From Felis catus (Eukaryota), in NCBI RefSeq assembly GCF_018350175.1, contig NC_058383.1, forward strand, positions 26,352,001 through 26,416,000: DNA of 64,000 nt. The letters run 5' to 3'. The position numbers were made by a program, and so were the translations under genes. Shown here piece after piece: positions 12,204-24,277 of the stretch (position 1 is its first letter; the number at the start of each line of letters is the position of its first letter). The notes beneath the pieces were generated by a model that saw only the letters and a program-made list of their open reading frames with translations, did not search any database and was not told where the DNA came from.

Positions 12204-13384
12204 AGAATTAATAAACTATCACCCCAGCTGTTGAATGGAGGATGGTATTGTCAGAAAGCAAGAGGGGGAGCGAAGAGACCTTGTGGAAGGCTACAGTGCT
12301 GGTCAAAGGGACAGGTGATGGTGGCTTGGACCACAGAGGTGGCAAAAGGGGGTTCAAAAAAGTAACAGTGAGATCTAAGGTAGGAGGCAGAGTCAACAGA
12401 AAGTGCTCATGGTGTAGATGTAAAGGATGCTCCTCTATCTTGGCAAGCTCCTTAACTCCTCTGAATGAACATTTCCTTGTCTGTAGATTTCAGTCTCCCA
12501 ACTCTTAGAGTGTCATGGGGACAAAAGGAAATGATGTACGTAATGTTATTAGCACAGCAGTTGGCCCTTAGTGAGGGCTCGGTGGATGTGACATTGAGCC
12601 TGGGTGTGGGCATAGGCAGTCAGCAGATGGAAGCAGACGCCTGGCTCTCCTGGCAGAGCACTCCCACCTCGCTTCTCCTCCGGAGAGCTCCTTGAGGCTG
12701 CCAGAGTCCATCCACCCAGGTGGTAAAACTTGGCTGGATCTTAAACATTCATTTTGGGTTCTGGTGGCAGCCTTTAAAGACCAGGCCAGCTGCCAGGGCT
12801 CCTGGGGATTTTTACTCCATTTGCATGGTTGTTTAATGTGTTTGGTGCCTTTGGAGGGAACCTCATTCCAGGCAAATCTCCATGGGGGAAAGCATCAGGG
12901 GGCTGGGGATTTATCCAACCACACGTGTCCCTGCAGAGCCTCAGCAAGGAGTGGGAAGGGAGAGCCAGTGAAGGCCAGATTCAGCCTTGCCTTGTGCTTC
13001 AGTGCTGGCGAGAAGCCGCCGGGCTCAGCAGCCAAGGCCAGCACCTGGTGGCTGTAAGACGAAGGCTTGCTGGTGGAATAAACCAGACACCATGAATATC
13101 CTTTCCGGAGAGTCCTTCTGTGCATTCTTTGTCTTGACTGCACCAACCCAGAGCTGCTCGTGCGGGAGAAGGCTTCACCTTTGAAACGCTAGGGACTGTG
13201 GGGCACAGGCTGAGTGTCCCTTATCTGCCTGCATCTCGGGGAGACCTTGTGGACCAAGCTTTGGCTTAGAAGTCAGAGAACCAGATCCAAAGAGCGTGGT
13301 AACCGAATCATCTCAAGTAGGACCTTTTCGTGCTGTTGAACCTCCATTTTCCACCTGTCAGATTTAAATAAGGTCTACCTGGAG

Positions 13385-13580
13385 GGGGCATCTGGGTGGC
13401 TCAGTTAAGCGCCTGACTTCAGCTCAGGTCACGATATCACAGTTCGTGAGTTTGAGTCCCACATTGTGTGAGCTTGAGCCTCACTTTGGGTGAGCCCCAC
13501 TTCTCTCTCCCCCTCTCTCTGCCCCTTGCTCGTTTGCGCCTAAAATAAAATAAAAATAAATAAAATGAAAATACAAAAAC
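13385..13580 (+). mobile_element. Can-SINE
   Basis: Head and (AAAAT)n tail. Flank repeat aggtctacct. Confidence 0.88.
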
Positions 13581-14834
13581 ATAGGTCTACCTCGAGGTAG
13601 CTCATTCCGTCTTTAGCAATGATAGCGAACACATACATGGCGCTTCCTGCGTGCCCAGCACTGCTCTGAGTGCTTCACGTGAATTAACTCATTTAATCTT
13701 CATGGCACTGTGACATAGGAATTGCAATTATGTTATGAAGGAGGAACTGAGGCACTGATTGGGGAAGTACTGTGCTCAAGGTCTTCTGGGTCCAGAATCT
13801 GGACTCTCGGTCACTGAGTTACACAGCCTCAAATATTTATCAAGCCCCTACTATGTTGAGGTGCTGTGCTAGTTGCTAGAGAAATAGCAGAGAGGCAGAA
13901 ATAACTAATCCTTTCATGAGACTGGTATGCTAGCTGGAGTGAGACAAAGAAACACCTAAATAATTACAGAGTATGGTGACAGGGGCCAGAGCATCACTTT
14001 AAACTGGGTAATATAAGCTTAGAAAGGGCTGGCTATGCAAAGATCAGGGAGAACAGTCTAGGCAGAGGAAATGGCAAGTGCAAAGGCCCTGAGGCAAGAA
14101 TGAGCAAGAAGACGAAAGTGGTCAGAGCATAGTTAATGAGGGGAGTGAGTTACATGAAAGGTCAGAGCAAAAGTAGCTTAAGCTTACTTGTTAAGCTTAG
14201 ATGACAAGTATTTCTTTCTCTTTTATTTAAGTTTATTTATTTTGAGAGAGCGAGAGCAGGGGAAGGACAGAGAGAGAAGGAGAGAGAGAATCCCAAGGAG
14301 GCTTTGTGCCACCAGTGCAGAGCCCAGTGCGGGGCCTGATCTCACAAACCGCCCCCCCGAGACTGTTAGGCACTGAGAAAACTGGCGAACGTGACAGATG
14401 TGGCTTCTGCCTTCCCGAAGGAGTGAGATGATGTGCGTGTAGGGATACTTAGCACATAACAGATGCTCAGTGGGTGTAATTTTCTCTTTCCATGTGTGTA
14501 AGCTGACATGAAAGCTGCTCCCCTAGGTTTCTGCCTAACCCCCAGCCCCCACAGGAAAGCAGGATGTAGTTGGCTTATAATGGCAATCGTTTCTGGAGAC
14601 AGCCTTAGGCAAGGGCATTCTTCACCCGCCAACAGGTGGGTGAAGAATGAGCAGAGCGGGCACAAGGGGTAGGCCTTCCCTCTGTCTTTAGGCGCTGGTG
14701 CCCCACTCCGGCCGGGGGAGGGAGGGTCTTTGCGGCTTACCTCACGGCTGCCCTCTTTGGGATCCTGAGTTACACAGGCCCAGGAAGGTGTCCGCTGGCC
14801 GGGCACCAAACTTCTCATTACGTGTCTGCTTTTA

Positions 14835-15053
14835 AATTTTTTTTTTTTCAACGTTTTTATTTATTTTTGGGACAGAGAGAGACAGAGCATGAACGGGGGA
14901 GGGGCAGAGAGAGAGGGAGACACAGAATCGGAAACAGGCTCCAGGCTCCGAGCCATCAGCCCAGAGCCTGACGCGGGGCTCGAACTCCCGGACCACGAGA
15001 TCGTGACCTGGCTGAAGTCGGACGCTTAACCGACTGCGCCACCCCGGCGCCCC
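14835..15053 (-). mobile_element. Young feline Can-SINE
   Basis: Perfect 15-bp TSD acgtgtctgctttta at 14820-14834 and 15054-15068. CpGs intact. Confidence 0.95.
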
Positions 15054-15419
15054 ACGTGTCTGCTTTTAGATTCTATTCTGCCTAATTTTATCAGGGCTGG
15101 AGAAACAGAAGAGAGGCAGCCTATGGATGATTCGTGGGTGGGATCCTCTTCCATCCTGGTTCAGGGTCATCTTGGCCCTCTCAGTGGTGTCTTGGGTCAG
15201 GAGGGGTCAGGACACTTCAGGGGGGCATGGACAACTCTGTGATCAAATGAGGGTCCCCAGCCTTACTACAAGAAGTTTCTGTAAAGCCCAGGGTGTTCCT
15301 GAGGCATTTGAGGACTGGGGCAAATCATTCTTTCCCAGGTTATTGAGGGTGCCTCACAAGAGAAGTCACAGAAGGGGTAATGGGAAGGGCAGGAACTCAG
15401 TGGTAGCTCTCTTCCCACT

Positions 15420-15642
15420 TTTTTTTTAAAAATTTTTTTTTAACGTTTATTTATTTTTGAGACAGAGAGAGACAGAGCATGAACGGGGGAGGGTCAGAGA
15501 GAGGGAGACACAGAATCTGAAGCAGGCTCCAGGCTCTGAGCTGTCAGCACAGAGCCCGACGCGGGGCTCGAACTCACGGACTGCGAGATCATGACCTGAG
15601 CCGAAGTCGGCCGCTTAACCGACTGAGCCACCCAGGCGCCCC
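15420..15642 (-). mobile_element. Feline Can-SINE
   Basis: Near-consensus body. TSD ctcttcccact at 15409-15419 and 15642-15652. Confidence 0.94.
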
Positions 15643-16456
15643 TCTTCCCACTCTTAATAACAGGCAACCTTCATTAAGGTTTAGTGGATTCCAGGCACCG
15701 CCCCAAGGACTATCTGAGTTGGCCCTCACAACAACCAGACGAGGGAGGTACTACTGTTATCCCCATTTTATAGAGGAGGAAGAACTCGGATGATTTGCTT
15801 AAAGTCACTGTATGAACTAAGGGAGGGGAAGGCTGCTGTAGTAGACCAGCCACGCTGTGTGGGGCTTAGCACGGTAGAAGCTTCTTTCTTGCTTGCACAC
15901 TGGTGTTTGCGGGCTCCTTCACGAGTAGCCTTCCGTGCAAGGATTCAGCGATCCAGGCCCCTTCTGTTTTGTGGCTCTGCCGTCTTCTCAGGCCGTGGAG
16001 GGTTTCACCTCCAGCTGGTGGTTGGGAAAGAGAGAGAAAGTGTTGAGGATTGTGTGGGAAGTTTTAATAGGCCAAGCCTGGAAGTTACGAATATCACTTT
16101 CACTTCTATTCAGACTCCGTTGGCTCCAGCTCCCCGCGAGGGGGAGGCTGAGATAACAGTCCTGCTGCTCGTCCAGGAAGAAAAGGCTTTGGTGACCTCA
16201 CGGCCGTCTCTGCCAAAGGGGCCCAACTGGGCAAATAAAAGCCAACCTGGGCCCTGAACAAGCTTGCTCCCCTGCCTCCCCAAGCACCTGCTGCCTCTGA
16301 GCTCCCCCATGAGTGTCAGTGTTGGGGGGATCCCACCTCACCGAACCCCAGGCTTGGGGAATTCAGCCCAACGAGAGCAGTTCCTGTAGTGAATTTGCCA
16401 GATACCTTTTGGCTGGCAAGCCCTGGGCACCTGCTGACGTACGAAAGGAGTTGACC

Positions 16457-16635
16457 ACTGGTTCTCAGCTGGGCTGATGTCTCCCAGCGGACATTTGGCA
16501 GGGTCTGGAGGTGTTTCTGGTTGTCACAACTCCAGGGGTGTCACTGGCATCTGGTGGGTAGGGCTCAGGGATGCTGCTGGCATCCCACAATGCACTGACA
16601 ACCCCCCACGATGGTGCTGAGGTGGAGACACCCCC
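16457..16635. mobile_element. MER20-like DNA transposon relic
   Basis: ggttctca...gacatttggca..gtctggag....tctggttgtcacaact...ctggcatctggtgggtag. Homologous copies at about 23553-23730 (opposite strand), 26030-26250 and 32330-32525. Confidence 0.75.
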
Positions 16636-17337
16636 GAACCAGAGGGGTGGATCTGCTGGTCTTGGAGTTTGCGAGGTGAGGTGGTGACCTCTGTGAAGGG
16701 CAGGCGGGTGCCGGCTCAGAGCCAGTGTGCTCCAGTTAGGTGCCTGTTAGAGGCATGTTTCTTCTCCTTACGGCATTTTAAGCTCTCTTCATTCTTAGTG
16801 GTTTTTCTTTGGCTGCCTGAGTGTGAAGAATTCAGGGGTAGAAACTCTTGGGTGAATGTGTGCTCATCTGTGCAGATTTTTCAAATGGCTTCCTTGCTTC
16901 CACCCATAAAAATGTGGGCAGACAGAAGCATGCTCTGCAAACAAGCCGCCTTCCCAGGTGGTATGACCTGGACAGATGGAGTGCAGCCTGGCTCTGCGGG
17001 CGAGGGGGTGGGGGGCCCTCTCAGGAAGAGGAGCAGGGTATTTTTAAATCCGGTCTCTGCTCCTCCCCACCTTGTGGTTTATGGGTACGTGTCACTTGCA
17101 TGTGGTGATGTGCAGGGTTCACAAGGGAAGAGGAGTTCTGATGGCTTTTCAGTAATTATAAAGGATATATATTTATACACACATGTATGTGTATATAACA
17201 CAACCATTTGGAGAGAGTAGAATAAAAAGTAAAAATGCTCCCTGCTTAAAGGTGGTTACTCCTAACAAGTCTTCTTTCTAGGAATATATGCATTTATGTG
17301 TATGTGCACATGTATGTGCCTATATATCTGGCAGGTG

Positions 17338-17341
<4 letters not shown>

Positions 17342-17376
<35 letters not shown>

Positions 17377-17380
17377 GTGT
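17342..17380. repeat. (TG)n microsatellite
   Basis: Read directly from the sequence. Confidence 0.95.
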
Positions 17381-17544
17381 ATCTCCACCTGCTATTGTGA
17401 GTATCCAAAATATATATGCTTTTCTGTAACTTGCTCTTTTCACATAATGGTTCTTGGGCATTTTTTCATATTAGCATACTTATATATAGGAGAGCCAGGC
17501 ACCGTGGATATATCAGTGAACAAATTAGACAAAAATCCTGGTTT

Positions 17545-17765
17545 GGGGGCACCTGGCGGGGGGGTGCTCAGTCTGTTAAGCGTCTGACTCTTGATTTCAG
17601 CTCAGGTCATGATCTCACAGTTTGTGAGTTCGAGCCCCGTATCAGGCTCCATGCTGACAATTCCAAGCCTGCTTGTGATTCTCTCTCTCTCCCTCTCTCT
17701 CTGTGCCCCTCCCCTGCTCGCTCTCTCTCTCTCTCTCAAAATAAATAAATATGCGTTAAAAAAAA
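17545..17765 (+). mobile_element. Can-SINE
   Basis: Head, CT linker and A tail. Confidence 0.9.
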
Positions 17766-18920
17766 GTCCCAGTTTCATTAGATGGCTACTTGAACATGGG
17801 AAGACAAGTAGCAAACAAAACAAATCCGTATGATGCCATGTAGAGATGATGTTCGGTGCTAAGGAGGAAACAGAAGGAAGGAAAGAGAATAGTGAGTTTT
17901 GGAGTGAGGATTGCAAGTTTTTCCAAGGTGGCCAGGAAAGGCCTCATGGAGAAGGGGACATTTGAGCCAGGATGTGAAGGCAATCAGAGAGGAGATCGGA
18001 GATGTGCCACGTGGATGTGAGTGAGTGTGGGAAGAGCCTTGCAGCCAAAAAGGATAGCAAGTGTAGAAGCCTTTACATGGGAGAGATAGCCGGCAGACCA
18101 GCGTGGCTGACACGGAGCACAGATTCCCCTAATTATTTGTAACAACCACGTGATATTTCATTAAGTCCAGGAGTTGAAGAAGTTATTTAATTAGTCCCCT
18201 GTTGGTACCATTGGGACTAATGCCAGGTTTTTTTTTGCAGTTAGAAGAATCATTGGGGTTGGCATCCTCAACGCGTCTCTGCTGATGTGTCCAAATATAC
18301 CATGAACTAAAACCCAGCCATGGGATTGCTTGGTCGAAGCATAGATGTTTGTCTGTTTTGATAGCTAGTGTCAAAATTTGCAACCCCCCCCCCCCAAAAA
18401 AAAGTGGCACAGTTTTATTCTTTTCTGTCTTCTTGCAAACGAAACAGATGGTTTTGGCAAATATTTTTGCACCTTTGTGGCCCAGGGAGGCCCCAACTCC
18501 TGGCTGCCCAAAAAAGGATTCTTGTAAGGCTGAAATAAACAAGTTTTGAAGATTCTGAAGTGCTGAACAGCTACGAGGTGATTTTTTTTTTACCTTTAAA
18601 AAGCATTTTGATTTTTAATATATATTATATAATAATTCAAATATATGGAAAAGTACAGAAAAATAATCACAGGCAATCAGCACCACCCTCCCCGCCCCCC
18701 CACCCCGATCTGCCTCAGATTAATTTTTCATTTCTCAGTTGCCCTCGGCAAAGCAATTCCACACTGGTTGCTGGCTTCCAGAACCCAGGGTGTGCAATTA
18801 TTTTATTTTGAAATGAACTGTGTGAAAAAGGGATACACGGACTTAATCAAGGTTTAAAACTTTTGCTCTTTGAAAGAGTTAAGAAAACAAAAGAGCAAGG
18901 CACACCTCGAGGAATTTTTT

Positions 18921-19125
18921 GGGGCGCCTGGGTGGCTCAGTCCGTACAGCATCCGGCTTCAGCTCAGGTCATGATCTCGCGGTTTGTGGGTTCGAGCCCC
19001 GCATTGGGCTCTGTGCTGACAGTTCTGAGCCTGGAGCCTGCTTCGGATTCTGTGTCTGCCTCTCTCTCTGCCCCTTCCCCACTCGCTCTGTCTCCTCTCT
19101 CTCTCAAAAATAAATTTAAAAAAAG
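18921..19125 (+). mobile_element. Can-SINE
   Basis: Full element. TSD gaggaatttttt on both sides. Confidence 0.93.
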
Positions 19126-19129
19126 AGGA

Positions 19130-20235
19130 ATTTTTTGCAAAACATAACCAATAAAGAACCTGTATCCAGAATACATAAAGAATCCTAGTAGCTCAGTAAC
19201 AAGACAACAGTCCACAATTCAGTAAAAAGCGGGCCAAGGTTTGAACAGACGCCCTTCACAAGAAGACACAGGAACAGGAAAGCAGCACCAGAAAAGATGC
19301 TCTACCTCCTTAGTCATCAGAAGTGCAAAGTGAAACCACCGTAAGATCCACTGCGCATCCACTAGCACAGCTAACGCCGAAAATACTGGGGCGCCTGGGT
19401 GGCTCAGTTGGTTGAGTGTCCCTCCGTCTTCTGCTCAGGTCATGATCTCACAGTTCGTGGGTTTGAGCCCCACATCGGGCTCACTGCTGTCAGCCTGTCA
19501 GCACAGAGCCTGCTTTGGATCCTCTGTCCTCCTCTCTTTCCATCCCCCACTTACACTGTCCCAAAAATAAATAATTTTTTTTTTTAATTTAAAAATAAGG
19601 GCTGAAAATACCAAGGGTTGGCGAGGATGTGGGGCAACTAGAACTTTCCTGCATTTCCGGTGGGAATGCAAGATGCTGTAACCACTTTGGAAAACAGTAT
19701 GCATGGCCTTCTAAAGTTAAATACACATTTACCATACAGACCAGCATTCCACTAGGAGTGGAAGAGAAACGAAAACATACGTCCACAAAAAGTCATGCAC
19801 ACAGATGTTCCTAATAGCATTATTTGTTAACAGCCAAAAACCTGGAAACAACCCAAATGTCCATCAACTTGTGGATGGATAAACCAATTATGATACATCA
19901 TACATTAGACTACTACCCAGCAATAAAAAAGAAAAAGATACTAATACACATACACATGGATGAATCTCAAAAACATTACGGTATAATGCAAATGACTATA
20001 TACTATGTGATTCCATTTTTATGAAATTCTGGCGTAAGCAAAACTTGGCCCACTTGGGTCAGGGAAAAGGATGGAAGGGAAAGGGAAAAGAAGGAACTTT
20101 GTTGGAGAGAGAGAACTATGTATCTTGATTATAGTGGTAGTTACGTGTTCGTATACAATAATCAGTATACATCCAACTGTGTACTTAAAATGGATGGATT
20201 TTATTCTGTGAAAATAATACTTTAGTAAATAAAAC
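19130..20235 (+). mobile_element. Old LINE-1 3' fragment (L1MC/ME-like) interrupted by a Can-SINE (19388-19595)
   Basis: gtatccagaatacataaagaa; tgttggcgaggatgtggggcaact-like segment; aaccactttggaaaacag; aacccaaatgtccatcaac; atggatgaatctcaaaaacatta. Confidence 0.85.
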
Positions 20236-20289
20236 CGAAGAGAATTTTTTTTTAATTTTTAATTTTATCTTATTTATTTTTTTAGTTTT

Positions 20290-20974
20290 AGTGACTTCTT
20301 TATTTTTTTTTTTTTTTCAACGTTTTTTATTTATTTTTGGGACAGAGAGAGACAGAGCATGAACGGGGAAGGGGCAGAGAGAGAGGGAGACACAGAATCG
20401 GAAACAGGCTCCAGGCTCCGAGCCATCAGACCAGAGCCTGACGCGGGGCTCGAACTCCCGGACCGCGAGATCGTGACCTGGCTGAAGTCGGACGCTCAAC
20501 CGACTGCGCCACCCAGGCGCCCCTATTTTTTAAGTTTATTTATTTATTTTGAGAGAGAGAGAGAGAGCATAATCGAGGGAGGGGCAGAAAGAGAGGGAGA
20601 GAGAGACAATCCCAAGCAGGCTGTCTATTGTCAGTGCAGAGCCAGACATGGGACTCAAACTCATGAACCGGGAGATCGTGACCTGAGCCGAAACTAAGAG
20701 TCGGACGTTTAACTGACTAAGCCACCCAGAAGCGCCATAAGTGTTTTTTTTTTTTTTTAATTTTTTTTTTTTAACGTTGTATTTATTTTTGAGACAGGGA
20801 GAGACAGAGCATGAACAGGGGAGGGTCGGAGAGAGGGAGACACAGAATCTGAAGCAGGCCCCAGGCTCTGAGCTGTCAGCACAGAGCCCGACGCGGGGCT
20901 CGAACTCACGGACCGAGAGATCATGACCTGAGCTGAAGTCGGCCGCTTAACCGACTGAGCCACCCAGGCGCCCC
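20290..20974 (-). mobile_element. Cluster of three Can-SINEs
   Basis: Heads at about 20523, 20736 and 20974. The first is the young subtype. Confidence 0.92.
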
Positions 20975-22116
20975 AGTGTTTTTTTTTTTTTAAATAAAAT
21001 ATGTGGATGTGATTTTAATTTGCATTTCTTGGGAGTCTCGTGGCATGGAACATCTGTCATGAGCTTTTCCTGTGGAAGGAGAAAGGCATTTAAGGCAGGG
21101 GTGTGCCTTGAACAGGATCCAGCGTGCTCATCTGTCAAAAGCAGACTTGAATCTTTCATTTGCTGTTGTGATTAGACAGCACATCAGGGTGCTGGACCCT
21201 TCTGTTCAGGCCCAGGATGGTGTTTCTGGCCATGTGTGGTCTAGTTGTTGTGGTCACTGGGATAACCTGGCGGGACCCACCGGGAGCTCCTCGGCCTCTC
21301 TCCGGGGACTGTGGCCTTTTTCCCTCCTGTGACCAGCCTGTGAACGGAGTAGCCGCACAGACCCGGAAACAGATTTCTGGGGCAGAAAGAAGCAAGTTAA
21401 CGGCTATGAAACTAAAACGGTTGAGTTTGTGTGTTTGTCTTTTACTGTCTCAACATTTTATTGAGACCCTTTAAGAAAATATTGGAAGAATTATTCAGTC
21501 AACACCTGCATCCCCATCACCTAGATTTTACAATGACTATTTTGCTGTTTGCTTTGTCACACGTCTAACCATCTCTCTGTGTATCTCTCAATTCATATTG
21601 TTTCCACGCCTTTCGAGACCAGTGGCAAACTTTAGTTCCCATTCATTTGTTGTTTAAAGTTGACTTTTTGCTGAAGCTTGACATACAGAAAATCGTTACA
21701 CAGGCGTGACTTATGAAGAAATCACTGGCCATTGGTGATTAAGTGAGTCTCCTGCCCCTTTCCTCTCTCCAGAGGTTGGGCAGTTGGGATGGGCTGAAAG
21801 GTCCAACCTTCTAATCATGCCTTGGGCTTTCTGGCAGCTAGATCCCATCCTGAAACCATCTGGAGACCTCACCCATATCATTAGTATACAAGAAGACACT
21901 CACCAGTTGAAGATTCCATGGGTCTTAGAAGCTCTTGTGTCGTGAACCAGGGACTAAGACCAAATATTATAATAAAAGATGCTCCTATCATCCGTTTCAC
22001 TTGGAAATTACAAGGGTTTTAGGAGCTCTGTGTCAGGAAGTGGCGGCAGAAACCAAATATGTATGTTTTATTATGTCACTTTATGTGCATTCATTTACAT
22101 ATTGTCTGTGACTCCT

Positions 22117-22323
22117 TTCTTTTAATGTTTGTTTACTGAGAGAGAGAGAGAGAGGGAAAGAGAGTACGGGAGGGGCAGAGAGAGGAAGAGAGAGAATCCT
22201 AAGCAGGCTCTGTGCTGGCAGCCCAGGGTCCAACGTGGGGCTCGATCTCATGAACTATGAGACCGTGACCTGAGCCAAAATCAAGAGTTGGACACGTAAC
22301 CAGCTGAGCCACCCAGGCGCCCC
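22117..22323 (-). mobile_element. Can-SINE within a MER58-like relic (about 22080-22450)
   Basis: SINE head at 22323. Flanks catttacatattgtctgtg and gttgcaacagagac...aagcctaaaatatttact are MER58-like. Confidence 0.8.
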
Positions 22324-23817
22324 TGTGGCTGCTTTCTGCTGCAATGGCGGGGTAGTTGCAACAGAGACTACAGTTGGCCCTTGAAGCCTAAAATATTTAC
22401 TGTCTGTCTGTCTGTCTGTCTTTTTTTTATGGAAAACGTCTGCCTACCCTTCCCCTGATGTAACACCTCTGGGCTCTCTTTCATTCATCTTATTATTTGA
22501 TTTATTCTCTGTTATTTTCTATCCACTCCTCCCAGGGAAGAGTTGACTTACCTGACTGGGAACAGTTTTCCTCTGGAGGTCCACAGCCTTCTGCTGGATG
22601 GGATTAAGGTGGGTCCCAGCCCTCCTCTCGCTGGGACCTACCTGCCTACAATGGGCGGGGAGGGGTGGGATTCTCTGTAGCTCCTTCAGGGCACCTGCTG
22701 TTCAGGCTTGGCCCTGCAGGGACAAGGCCTCCACTGGTTTTGGTCAGAGAAGTTTAATTCCAGAACAACTGATAGGGCCAGGCCCCCTCCCACAGTCCAG
22801 CTGAACTACCAATCCAACCACTGTTTTGTTCTGCATCTAACACAGTGTATCTAACCCGGCCCCATGAGAATCGCCAGGGGAGCATTTGAAAAACCCTGGA
22901 ATCTAGCCCCTGACCCCAAACCAATCAACAGAATCTCTTGGACTGAGTTTCTGGGCACTAGGCTTTTTCAAAGCCTTCCAAGTGACTCACATGTCTGTGA
23001 TATTTCTCCTTTATTTTCTCAATTGTTTCTCAATTATTTCTGAAGACTGGGAGGGGAAGATTCGATTAATTACCCCCTTGGAGGTTCAGCAGGTGTTTTG
23101 CAAATAGCTCTGAAGCCAGTTTGTAGCGAACATTTCCCCCAGAGGGATGCCAGCAGCTCAGAAACAAGTGTACAAAGATGATCCTCTTTCAGATACATAC
23201 ATTGTGGTTGTTCGTGTAAAAACAAGCACATTATATTATAGTCACACCTTTAAATGCTTCCTCCTAGACGGTGTGATTCACACCCAGAACTGAAAGTGAT
23301 TCTTCCACCCATATGCCATCTTTATAAACGCAGGCTCCACATGGCTCAGTTTCCGCACAGAGGAGTGAAAAAGTGGACCAGCCGTGGTCCAAAGGAATTT
23401 CAAAGGGAATCTCAATCTTGAGTCCTATGTCTTGAGGAAGGTGGAAAAGACCTAATTCCAAGGCCACAGTGACAGTTCTCAGAGCCTCTTCCTCCACTCC
23501 CAGGTTTGTGGATTAATGAAGGGAAACCCCAGGCCACTTGCTTTTCCCTTAAGGCAGGGTTGCTCATTCTCAGTGCTTGCAGGCGTTTGGGGCCAGATGA
23601 TCCTTTGTTGTGAGGCTGTCCTGAGTACAGTAGGGTGTTGAACTGTATTCCCCCTCTGGTTGTGACAGTCCAGATGTCTCCTAACTTTGCCAAATTTGGG
23701 GAACAGAACAGGCCCAGCTGAGAACCACTGCATGAAAGGAATTGAACAACTCGTTAAGCTCGTATATATCCTGTAGACCTGGCCAAAAGGGACTTCCACC
23801 CTGGGCCTTGTGCTTTC

Positions 23818-24277
23818 TTTCTTTTTTTTTTTTTTTTTTAATTTTTTTTAATGTTTATTTCTTTTTTTTTTTCAGCGTTTATTTATTTTTCGGACAGAGA
23901 GAGACAGAGCATGAACGGGGGAGGGGCAGAGAGAGAGGGAGACACAGAATCGGAAACAGGCTCCAGGCTCTGAGCCATCAGCCCAGAGCCCGACGCGGGG
24001 CTCGAACTCACTGACCGCGAGATCGTGACCTGGCTGAAGTCGGACGCTTAACCGACTGCGCCACCCAGGCGCCCCAAATGTTTATTTCTTTTTGAGAGAG
24101 AAAAAAACAGAGCATGAGTGGGGGAGGGGCGGAGGAAGTAGGGGGAGACACAGAATCCAAAGCCAACTCCAGGCTCCAAGCTGTCAGCACAGAGCCCCAC
24201 ACGGGGCTCAAACTCACGAACTGCAAGACTCTGAGCCGACGTCGGATGCTCAACCGACTGAGCCAGCCAGGTGTCCC
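23818..24277 (-). mobile_element. Young Can-SINE (23866-24075) nested in the tail of an older Can-SINE
   Basis: Inner TSD aatgtttatttctttt at 23850-23865 and 24077-24092. Outer TSD ccctgggcctYgYgctttc at 23799-23817 and 24275-24293. Confidence 0.92.

Noticed and set aside
16669..17220. 183-aa ORF in the SYT17 intron (likewise 34722-35255 on the minus strand)
   Set aside because: No recognisable homology or supporting gene structure. The length is plausible by chance in 64 kb.
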